This document shows, piece after piece, positions 39,370 to 47,711 of a stretch of 52,925 nt of DNA. Source of the stretch: an uncultured Fibrobacterota bacterium (lineage in GTDB: Bacteria; Fibrobacterota; Chitinivibrionia; Chitinivibrionales; FEN-1185); contig CAVSQB010000029.1 of the NCBI GenBank assembly GCA_963729895.1, positions 1-52,925 on the forward strand, read 5' to 3'. The position numbers and the translations under genes were made by a program. Under the pieces are notes generated by a model. It made no database searches. It was not told where the DNA came from and saw only the letters and a list, made by a program, of their open reading frames with translations. Numbering within the stretch: the stretch's first letter is position 1; each line of letters begins with the position of its first letter.

Positions 39370-39828
39370 ATGAAAGACCAATTTCTAACCCATAGCTTTA
39401 TGGTGGATAAGACCCCTCTTGAGGTCTTCGATGCCATCAATAACGTCCGGGGGTGGTGGTCGGGACAAATCGAGGGCAAAACTGAAAAACTCGGGGATGA
39501 GTTCACTTATCATTACAAAGATATGCATCGAAGCACCCAGAAAATCACCGAGTCCGTTCCGGGCAAAAAGGTCGTCTGGACGGTTTCGGACAGCTACTTG
39601 TCCTTTATCGAGGATAAAACCGAGTGGAACGGTACAAAGGTCATTTTTGACATATCGCAGAAGGATGGCAAGACCGAAGTCCGCTTTACCCACCAAGGTT
39701 TAAGCTCCAAGCAAGAATGTTTTGATGCCTGTAACGACGCGTGGGGTTCCTATATCAGGGGTAGCTTGAAGAACCTGATTACTAAGGGCAAAGGGAAGCC
39801 CAACAAGAAAGAAAAGGTCATTGCCTAA
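39370..39828 (+). CDS. SRPBCC/AHSA1-domain protein
   Basis: PLEVFDAI...GWW...EWNGTKVIF...TEVRFTHQGL...CNDAW. Confidence 0.88.
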   Translation: MKDQFLTHSFMVDKTPLEVFDAINNVRGWWSGQIEGKTEKLGDEFTYHYKDMHRSTQKITESVPGKKVVWTVSDSYLSFIEDKTEWNGTKVIFDISQKDGKTEVRFTHQGLSSKQECFDACNDAWGSYIRGSLKNLITKGKGKPNKKEKVIA

Positions 39829-39903
39829 GAATGGGGAGGGAAGGCGCACCATGTTTGCCGCCGGGTGTTTCGTGGGTGCGCGCAGCAATATGTAAATGCA
39901 ATT

Positions 39904-40430
39904 CAAGTGCTGTTGGATAGCCGTGCCGGAAATAAATAAATGTTTCTGGATGGCTGAGCCGGGTGACCCCCAAGTAAGTTTATGTGCAAGAATCGAATTA
40001 CTGAATAATAGACAAATACATCTGGATAGCTGTGCCGGGTGACCCCATAGTAGGAGCTATGGCGAATCCAAACGATTGTTGTGGGGCACCCACGAGATGT
40101 CGCTGTACGGGTGAAAGGCGGGATTCGCTTTGGATTCCTTCTCGCATAGAGAAACTTGACAATTGTGGCAACTATCTTTTGTCCAGCGCCAGGTTGGACT
40201 GGCGGGTGCTCTGGGAAGCAGTGCCGGTCGACCCCACCGATAGGTATAGGGGCGATCCGGCACCGAGGCCAATCGGCCGAGCCCAAAAGGAGAACCGCCG
40301 TCCCGATGGGGACGGGGCGCCCAAGCCTTTTGCCTTCATCAAGAACTGGTCAACGCCCAACTCTTTCTTATATTGTTACGGCGGGGCGCCCAAGTCTTCT
40401 GTGTTAATGCAAAACGGAGGAACGCCCAAT
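39904..40430. repeat. Intergenic mosaic repeat R7
   Basis: Three TGGATRGCYGWGCCGG motifs, module B, and four CGCCCAA units at about 36-bp spacing. Confidence 0.85.
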
Positions 40431-40569
40431 ATTAAGGCATGATATTGAAGAATTACCAAGATTTGCTACGACGAAGTTGATTTCGTTGCATTTCGGGTTG
40501 GCGGGAGGGATAATTTAGGGTTGGTGTTGAACTCTAACCTCTGATCGAAGCGCGCTGTCAACCGCGTTT

Positions 40570-40863
40570 TCACCTTACCGGCGGCTTCCAATTCCGCGCG
40601 CCATGGATAACGCCTGTGACCCAGATATCACTCTTCTCGACACGGTACATTATGCGATAAGCGCCGTAAATAATTTCCCGGCAGCGGTGATCGCCGATTT
40701 CCGGGATAATCCGGCCGGACAACGGATGCACCCTGAGGCGGTCCGTAGTTTCAAACAACCTATCGATGAAAAGGGATGCATGATAAACGGAATCTTTGGA
40801 AATATATTTGGCGATAGTGTCGATGTCGTCAAGCGAACTCGGCGACCAAATCACCTTTGCCAT
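40570..40863 (-). CDS. RelE/ParE-family toxin
   Basis: MAKVIWSPSSLDDIDTIAKYI...GRIIPE...YRIMY...VIHGAR. Confidence 0.9.
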   Translation of the reverse strand: MAKVIWSPSSLDDIDTIAKYISKDSVYHASLFIDRLFETTDRLRVHPLSGRIIPEIGDHRCREIIYGAYRIMYRVEKSDIWVTGVIHGARNWKPPVR

Positions 40864-41033
40864 TTCTTCATCCTGGCCTTGGCTGCTTCGTCGGAGATGC
40901 CCTTTCCAGCCCTGATTTCGCGTTCGCCCCGGTCGAATTTCGTCGCAACGTACAAGGCGTGGATCACATCATCCATGGAAACGTTCTTCGGCAATCCATC
41001 TATCACTTGTTTCGCCGCTGTTTTTGCGTTCAT
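40851..41033 (-). CDS. Cognate antitoxin
   Basis: 60 aa MNAKTAAKQVIDGLP...ARMKKWQR overlapping the toxin start. AAGGAG RBS. Confidence 0.8.
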   Translation of the reverse strand: MNAKTAAKQVIDGLPKNVSMDDVIHALYVATKFDRGEREIRAGKGISDEAAKARMKKWQR

Positions 41034-41127
41034 GGGGAAATTCTCCTTTCGGTGTGTTGAAACCAAAAATAGCATATGGCGACTCCGGGTCGCTTGAGAT
41101 CCGGCCGGAGATCGCCTTAGACGGAGC

Positions 41128-41671
41128 CGGGAGCGTCGGCCCCCGGCACCCCCGACCAGAGGGCGCTCTGCAGCAAGCGCCCCCTGGACCCCCGTGCCGC
41201 GCCTGCAGCGCCGCCGATACCCATGTGGCCGGCAGGCCGCTCGCGAACGCGTCCGGCAGGACATTTTTCCAATCCTCAAAAGATGCCGGCCTTGAACGAC
41301 GCGAGCGGACCAATCCGCCGGTCCCATGGGGCGGCGCTGATGGCGAGAGAAAAACCAAGACAAACCAAATCAAATTTGCCCATGCTAATATTTACATGTT
41401 GGGAAGAGGCCTCTGCCCCCGCGTTAGGTAGGACTGGAGGTCCCGCCAAAGCGGGATGCTGCCCGGACCGGCCGCGAAGCGGCATACGGTCGTGGCAGCC
41501 CGAGGCCGAAGGCCGAGACCGGAGCGAGGGCCGCCGTCCCGATGGGGACGGGGCGCCCAAGCTTTTTGCTTTCATCAAGAACTGGTCAACGCCCAAGTCT
41601 TTCATATTCCGTCGTGGCGGGGGAACGCCCAGATCTATTCTCACAAATGGCCGCTCGCGAACGCGTCCGGC
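41128..41671. repeat. Intergenic mosaic repeat R8
   Basis: 41196-41371 is identical to 45299-45474, and 41502-41597 is nearly identical to 45605-45700. Confidence 0.9.
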
Positions 41672-42651
41672 TCATTACTGTTCTCAACGGTTATGACCAC
41701 TTTCCCTTTGGCATGACCCTCTTCAAGATATCGGAGAGCCTGGGGGACCTCGCTCAACGGGTAGCGCTTATCTATGACGGGTTTCACTTTGCCGGTCTCA
41801 AGAAGTTCCTTTATGAAACCCAGATCCTTTTGGTTTGATCTCGCCATCATGCCGCCCATTTTCTTTTTCCCTGTCATGGATATCCACGGTCCCAGGAGCA
41901 TTGCCTGGAACATTTGCGGGCCGGAGCCTCCCGACATGACGTAGATCCCATGAGAACTCAGGGAGCGCCTGTACTCCGAAATCGAACGATTTCCGTTGGC
42001 GGCCAAAATCAGGTCGTAGCGTTGACCATTCCCGGTGAAATTCTCTTTGGTGTAATCGATGACATGGTCGGCCCCAATCGAGCGCACCATGTCCAGTTTA
42101 CTCGTGCTGCACACGGCAGTGACCTCGGCTCCGAATGATTTTGCGATCTGCACCGCAAATGTACCGACGCCGCCGGAAGCCCCGTTGATGAGGACTTTAT
42201 CGCCCGGCTTGATTTCTCCTTTGTCACGAAGCCCCTGCAAGGCGGTGACTGCCGCCATGGACGAAGCCGCTGCCTGCTCAAAAGATATGGCGGCCGGTTT
42301 CAAGGCCAGCGCATTTTCACGGGCGCATGCATACTCGGCAAAACCGCCCCAACCGCTTCCGGATAGGTCCCCAAATACCTCGTCTCCCGGCTTGAACCGC
42401 GTTACGGTACTCCCGACCGCTTCGACGCGCCCTGCAACGTCGGCCCCGAGTATCGTGTTTTTTGGTTTGAGAAGTCCCGCGAACAGGCGGATGAAAAACG
42501 GGTCGGCCCTCAGGAGATGGAGGTCGGCCGCATTTGCAGATGCCGCATGGACCTTTATCAAGACCTCGTTGTCTTTGGGAACAGGTTTGGCCACGTCCAT
42601 CAGCTTGAGGACGTCGGGCGATCCGTATTCCGTGTTGACAATGGCTTTCAT
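41641..42651 (-). CDS. NAD(P)-dependent MDR-family oxidoreductase (quinone reductase-like)
   Basis: Motifs YGSPDVL, GADVAGRV, VLINGASGGVGTFAVQIAK and GHAKGKVVI. Confidence 0.92.
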   Translation of the reverse strand: MKAIVNTEYGSPDVLKLMDVAKPVPKDNEVLIKVHAASANAADLHLLRADPFFIRLFAGLLKPKNTILGADVAGRVEAVGSTVTRFKPGDEVFGDLSGSGWGGFAEYACARENALALKPAAISFEQAAASSMAAVTALQGLRDKGEIKPGDKVLINGASGGVGTFAVQIAKSFGAEVTAVCSTSKLDMVRSIGADHVIDYTKENFTGNGQRYDLILAANGNRSISEYRRSLSSHGIYVMSGGSGPQMFQAMLLGPWISMTGKKKMGGMMARSNQKDLGFIKELLETGKVKPVIDKRYPLSEVPQALRYLEEGHAKGKVVITVENSNEPDAFASGHL

Positions 42652-42687
42652 GCAAGTACTCCTTCTTTGAGAACACGTTTTCCGCTC

Positions 42688-43389
42688 TCACACGGTGGAG
42701 GCGGCCTGAGCCGGGCCCCTCACCCCTTTCACGAGCAGGTATATCACCATCGAGATTTCCGCGATTGTCGGCGGGATGACCACGGCAACGTGAATCGTCC
42801 GGCCGAGTCCGGGGGCAAGGAACGCCGCGAGCAGGTCCACAAGGTAGCAGACGCACGCGGCGATGAGCAGAACGCCGAGCCATTTGGGAAACATCCCGGA
42901 TTTATACGCAAGATACCCCAGCGGCGCCAGCCACAGGCCGAAGAATACCTGCGCGATGAGGATCCCGTAGTGCTCGGTGTCGAGCAAAAGCAACACAAGG
43001 GCGTTTGAACCCGCGGCGCCGAAGGCGGAAGCAAAGGAGCTGTCGGTCGCGACCCGCAAACCCTCAAACAGGAAGACCGCATTGAGACAAACGATGCCGG
43101 TCGAGAGCGCGACCAGGACGAGCATTGCCCTCGCAACGCTTTTGTTCACGTGCTGGAGCAGGGTGTAGAGGGTGAGGGCCAGGAAGACAAAGAACGTTCC
43201 ATCCAACAGGTGTGAGACCACGCCAAGGCGAGCAAGCGCGGAGTTCGTAACAATGTTCGCGGCCGTGGCGGCTGCATTGCCGGCAACATACATCTTAGGA
43301 TCAACAAATCCTTCGGCAAAGCCGCCGAAGATGCCGACAAGCAAGTACAGGATGCCGGCGATTCTCGCAAGGCTCTTCTGAGAAGACAT
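42688..43389 (-). CDS. DUF4386-family membrane protein
   Basis: ARIAGILYL...VFFGLWL..LGYL.YKSG.FPKWLG. GGAGA RBS. Confidence 0.85.
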   Translation of the reverse strand: MSSQKSLARIAGILYLLVGIFGGFAEGFVDPKMYVAGNAAATAANIVTNSALARLGVVSHLLDGTFFVFLALTLYTLLQHVNKSVARAMLVLVALSTGIVCLNAVFLFEGLRVATDSSFASAFGAAGSNALVLLLLDTEHYGILIAQVFFGLWLAPLGYLAYKSGMFPKWLGVLLIAACVCYLVDLLAAFLAPGLGRTIHVAVVIPPTIAEISMVIYLLVKGVRGPAQAASTV

Positions 43390-43567
43390 GTTTTCTCCAT
43401 TTGCTTCGGTTGTACTCATTTTATGTCTGGGCTTGGTTTGTGGTGGGCTTCGAACCTGTAGGAATGAGATCCGCAAGAACCGCGCCATGTTTTCACTTTG
43501 GGGAATTTTTGAAGTATCAAGATGTTAAGAGATGCGATGAGTGATGAGAAATCGACAATTGCCTTTA

Positions 43568-44861
43568 GGGGACCTCTAAAAATTGCCTAATTTGCCCAAT
43601 TAATGCTTGACAAAGGCTATTTCGTCAATTATTTTAATTCCAGACAACAAACCTGCGAACCCACTACCGTCTGGAGGATATTGCGATGGGACAGATAGGC
43701 CTTTTTGACCTTGAGAATCGCCTTTCCGAGCTTTCCGAAATGGGAGACCCTCTTGAAACCATCAATCGGGCCATACGTTGGAAGAGTTTTCGTCCTGTTA
43801 TTGACAAGGCTTTTCGCAAGGAACGGAAGAGCAACGCCGGTCGTCCACCGTACGATTATATCCTGATGTTCAAGATTCTCGTGTTGCAGACGATGTATGG
43901 GCTTTCCGATGCGCAAACCCAGTTTCAGATTCTGGACCGATTGACGTTCAAACGGTTTCTTGAACTCACTTCCGAGGATAGCATTCCCGACGAGAAAACG
44001 GTCTGGTTGTTTCGGGAAACGCTGACACAAGCAGGCGTTGTCAAGAAGCTGTTTGACCTGTTCGGTCGTCAGTTGAACGAAGCGGGTTACACTGCCCAGA
44101 AAGGCCAAATAATAGATGCGAGTTTTGTCGAGGTACCTCGCCAGAGAAACACGCGGGAGGAGAATAAAGAAATCAAGAACGGGGGCACGCCGCAGGAATG
44201 GGAAAAGCACCCTGAGAAACTTCGTCAGAAAGATGTTGATGCGCGATGGACGAAGAAGAACGATCAGACGTTTTTTGGCTACAAGAACCATGCGTCGGTA
44301 GACGCGAAGCATAAAATCATTCGAGACTATGCGGCGACATCCGCAGAAGTGCACGACTCCAATATGCTTGAACCTCTCCTTAATCCTGAGAACACGAACG
44401 CGGACGTGTTTGCCGACAGCGCGTATCATTCGGAAAAGGCGGAACAAAGGCTTGATTATCTCTGGTACAGAAGCAAAATATGTGTCAAAGGGACTCGTGG
44501 CGCACCATTGACGGAAGCACAATTGGCACAGAACCGGAAGAAATCCAAAGTCAGATCGCGTATAGAACATGTGTTTGCTCAAATAGAAATCATGTTTCGT
44601 GGCAGGATCAGGTGTATCGGGCGGCTGAGGGCCGCGGCGAAGATAGGACTCCTGAACCTGGTTTACAACATAAAACGCTTTGCATATCTTGAGTGCCACG
44701 CCTGAAAAGCGGGACAGGACCGCACAAGGCCCCCAAAGGGACCGAAAAAAGAACAGTTTTGGGCACCTATCAGACAAATAGACGCCCTGACATCGCGAAA
44801 TAATACTATCTGTCAACATGATCTTGGAATCTACTATTTTACAGAATTTTTAGAGGTCCCC
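43568..44861 (+). mobile_element. IS5-family insertion sequence
   Basis: Perfect 17-bp IR GGGGACCTCTAAAAATT. Flanks TTTA and ATTA give no exact duplication. Confidence 0.9.
43686..44705 (+). CDS. IS5-family transposase
   Basis: Motifs GRPPYD, IIDASFV, FGYKNH, ADSAY and RSRIEHVF. Confidence 0.95.
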   Translation: MGQIGLFDLENRLSELSEMGDPLETINRAIRWKSFRPVIDKAFRKERKSNAGRPPYDYILMFKILVLQTMYGLSDAQTQFQILDRLTFKRFLELTSEDSIPDEKTVWLFRETLTQAGVVKKLFDLFGRQLNEAGYTAQKGQIIDASFVEVPRQRNTREENKEIKNGGTPQEWEKHPEKLRQKDVDARWTKKNDQTFFGYKNHASVDAKHKIIRDYAATSAEVHDSNMLEPLLNPENTNADVFADSAYHSEKAEQRLDYLWYRSKICVKGTRGAPLTEAQLAQNRKKSKVRSRIEHVFAQIEIMFRGRIRCIGRLRAAAKIGLLNLVYNIKRFAYLECHA

Positions 44862-44929
44862 ATTAATGATAATGAGTATGAGAAGGTGGACGGGAGTTAT
44901 GGGAAGGAAGTCGCCTTCCGTTCCCGTTC

Positions 44930-45715
44930 GTCTCAATACATCTATGCCGCTGCCCTTGATACTTTCCCGTCTCGATATATTCCTTTCCGGGTCTCGATAC
45001 ATCCCGCATTTCATGCGGCACACTCGACGTCCGGGTCGCGGTCCCGCCCCGTTCGTCTCGATACAGCCCGTGTCGCTCGCCTCGATACATTCCTCCGGAA
45101 CACTCGGCGAGCGGTATTCGACGAACGGTTATTGTCCCGCCGGTCATTGAGTAGATGCGAAGCATCGTATCGAAATGCCGGCCTGCGGGACTGCAGCTCC
45201 GCCCGGTCCCTCGGACTGCGCCCGCATCGGGGTCGGGAGCTTCACTCCCGAACCCAGACCTACTTTCTGTCTGCAGCGACAGAAAGTAGGCAAAGAACGC
45301 CGCGCCTGCAGCGCCGCCGATACCCATGTGGCCGGCAGGCCGCTCGCGAACGCGTCCGGCAGGACATTTTTCCAATCCTCAAAAGATGCCGGCCTTGAAC
45401 GACGCGAGCGGACCAATCCGCCGGTCCCATGGGGCGGCGCTGATGGCGAGAGAAAAACCAAGACAAACCAAATCCATTTTGCGCAGGCGATTGTTTACAG
45501 GTGGGCAGTGTCCCTATGCCCAGCGCCAGGCCGGAACGGAGGCCGTGCTGAAGCGCGGTGCCGCCCGGACCCGCCGCTGCCGCGGCATTGGGCCGTGGCG
45601 GCCGGAGGCCGAAGGCCGAGACCGGAGCGAGGGCCGCCGTCCCGATGGGGACGGGGCGCCCAAGCTTTTTGCTTTCAGCAAGAACTGGTCAACGCCCAAG
45701 CCTTTTGTGTTAATG
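44930..45715. repeat. Intergenic mosaic repeat R9, including a cluster of CTCGATAC REP-like units
   Basis: Several CTCGATAC-type motifs at 44930-45175, then blocks shared with R5 and R8. Confidence 0.85.
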
Positions 45716-46062
45716 ACCCGCAGGGCGCGGCTCTGCACGCGAATACCCGCTCCCAAATCCTATGGCAACATCACGCGGATATTACATTGCCAATACTGCG
45801 CGCGTCAATTGGGAAGAGCAGAACTCGCAAAAGGAGGTGAACCAATCAAATTATGTAGGCTCAAGGCCCTTGTGCGACCACGAATGACAAATGTGTGCCA
45901 CTGTCGTCCTCGACAGTGCTCTTGCCCATTGACCTCACTTCTCACGCCCTCGCCTCACCATCACGTTAAATACTATTTTGATTCTCAGCGATGACGCAAT
46001 GCGCCCCAACACGGTATAATGACACTACAGCTTGGTAACTTCACCTATAGAACCTTGTCAAA

Positions 46063-47205
46063 ATGCGTGTAACCGTCAAACCTGAACTTATCCGCTGGGC
46101 GTGTGAACGCGCCGGGCTTCCGCCCGCCATGCTTGCGGTCAGGTTCCCGCACCTTGATGCATGGCAAAGCGGCGAAAGCCGACCCACGCTAAAACAGATC
46201 GAGCGGTTTGCGGCCTGTGTGCACGCGCCCGTGGGGTTCTTGTTCCTTCAACAGCCTCCTGTTGAGCGGGTCCCGATTCCGGATTTCCGGACCGTGGCGA
46301 ACGAACGCATGGGCCGCCCGAGCCCGGACTTGCTGGACACCTTGTACATTTGCCAGCAGCGCCAGGAGTGGTATCGCGACTATGCGCGGGCAATGGGAGA
46401 GACGCGCTTGCCGTTTGTCGGTACCGTGCGCGCAACGGACGACGTGGTGAGTACGGCCGATCTTATGCGCAGCGCTCTCTCTTTCGATATCGAGGAGCGG
46501 CGGGCATCGCCCACGTGGACCGACGCGCTGCGGCGTTTTATTGAGCAGGCCGACAATCTTGGCGTTCTCGTGATGACAAGCGGGGTGGTGGGAAGCAATA
46601 ACCGTCGCAAACTTGACCCGCGCGAGTTCCGGGGGTTCGCGCTTGCCGACGATTTGGCGCCGCTGGTTTTTATCAACGGGGCCGACACCAAGGCGGCCCG
46701 GATGTTCACGCTCGCGCACGAGCTGGTCCACATCTGGCTTGGACAATCCGCGCTGTCCGATGTTCAACCGTCCATGCTGCCCAAGCACGAAATCGAGCGT
46801 TGGTGCAACCGGGTCGCGGCCGAGTTGCTGGTACCCCTGGAAGCGCTCAAGAGCGAGTACAATCGCAGTGCACAGCTTCAGGCGGAAACAAACCGGCTCG
46901 CGCGTGTGTACAAGGTGAGCACCCTGGTGGTTCTGCGGCGTATCCATGATACCGGCAGGATCAGCCAAGACGATTACCGCGCCGCCTACGAAGCGGAGCT
47001 TGCCAAGCTTGCCGGCATTCCCAGGGGAAGCGGAGGCGATTTTTACCTGACCCTTGCGGCACGGGCGAGTAAGCGGTTCGCTCGGGCGCTCGTGGCGAGC
47101 ACTCTGGAAGGACGGTCTTCCTTTACCGAAGCGTTGCGGCTCCTGGGGTTCAGGAAGATGGCCACATTCAACGATCTCGGTCATACGCTCGATATGGGGT
47201 TCTGA
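46063..47205 (+). CDS. XRE-HTH plus ImmA/IrrE-family metallopeptidase
   Basis: N-terminal HTH (PTLKQIERFA), FTLAHELVH (HExxH) and E.WCN.VAAELLVP. Confidence 0.92.
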   Translation: MRVTVKPELIRWACERAGLPPAMLAVRFPHLDAWQSGESRPTLKQIERFAACVHAPVGFLFLQQPPVERVPIPDFRTVANERMGRPSPDLLDTLYICQQRQEWYRDYARAMGETRLPFVGTVRATDDVVSTADLMRSALSFDIEERRASPTWTDALRRFIEQADNLGVLVMTSGVVGSNNRRKLDPREFRGFALADDLAPLVFINGADTKAARMFTLAHELVHIWLGQSALSDVQPSMLPKHEIERWCNRVAAELLVPLEALKSEYNRSAQLQAETNRLARVYKVSTLVVLRRIHDTGRISQDDYRAAYEAELAKLAGIPRGSGGDFYLTLAARASKRFARALVASTLEGRSSFTEALRLLGFRKMATFNDLGHTLDMGF

Positions 47206-47705
47206 TGGCATATCTGCTTGATGCTGACGTGTTCATTCGCGCGAAGAATCTTCATTATGGATTCGATTTCTGCCCGGCATTCTGGGAGTGGCTTGAGGCA
47301 AACAACACCGCGGGCCTGGTTTTCAGCGTGGAAAAGGTCGGCGATGAAGTGCTCGCGTTAGCGGATGATCTCTCGGATTGGGCATCGGCCAGGGGGAGCG
47401 GGTTTTTCCTGCGGCCCGAGGCTGCGGCGTTTCCTTCGCTTTCCGCCGTGAGCAACTGGGCATCGAGTCAGGGATATGAACCCACGGCCATAAGCACGTT
47501 CTTGCAGGTTGCCGATTACTACCTTATTGCGCAGGCCCACGCCGGAGCACATACCGTTGTCACGCACGAGGTGCCGTCCACCTCCATCCGCAAAATCAAG
47601 ATTCCCAATGTGTGCATCGGGCTGCAAATCAAATGTATGACGCCGTACGAAATGCTCAGGCGCGAGCGCGCGAGGTTTGTACTTGGCGGCAAGCATGAGA
47701 CTTAG
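47205..47705 (+). CDS. DUF4411-family PIN-like protein
   Basis: YLLDADVFIRAKNLHYGFDFCPAFWEWL...ADYYLIA...VVTHE...KIKIPNVC. TGATG overlap with the upstream gene. Confidence 0.88.
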   Translation: MAYLLDADVFIRAKNLHYGFDFCPAFWEWLEANNTAGLVFSVEKVGDEVLALADDLSDWASARGSGFFLRPEAAAFPSLSAVSNWASSQGYEPTAISTFLQVADYYLIAQAHAGAHTVVTHEVPSTSIRKIKIPNVCIGLQIKCMTPYEMLRRERARFVLGGKHET

Positions 47706-47711
47706 CAATCC

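Noticed and set aside
40318..40430. 36-bp units as a TIGR (tandem interspaced guide RNA) array
   Set aside because: Only 2-4 units per locus, no clear second conserved box within units, and no Nop-domain gene nearby. Kept only as an unexplained periodicity.
41024..41716. Near-identical ORFs in R8 and R9 (e.g. MWPAGRSRTRPAGH...)
   Set aside because: They are translations of the non-coding repeat, open in several frames on both strands, without an RBS.
43629..44819. 396-aa minus-strand ORF
   Set aside because: Antisense to the IS5 transposase.
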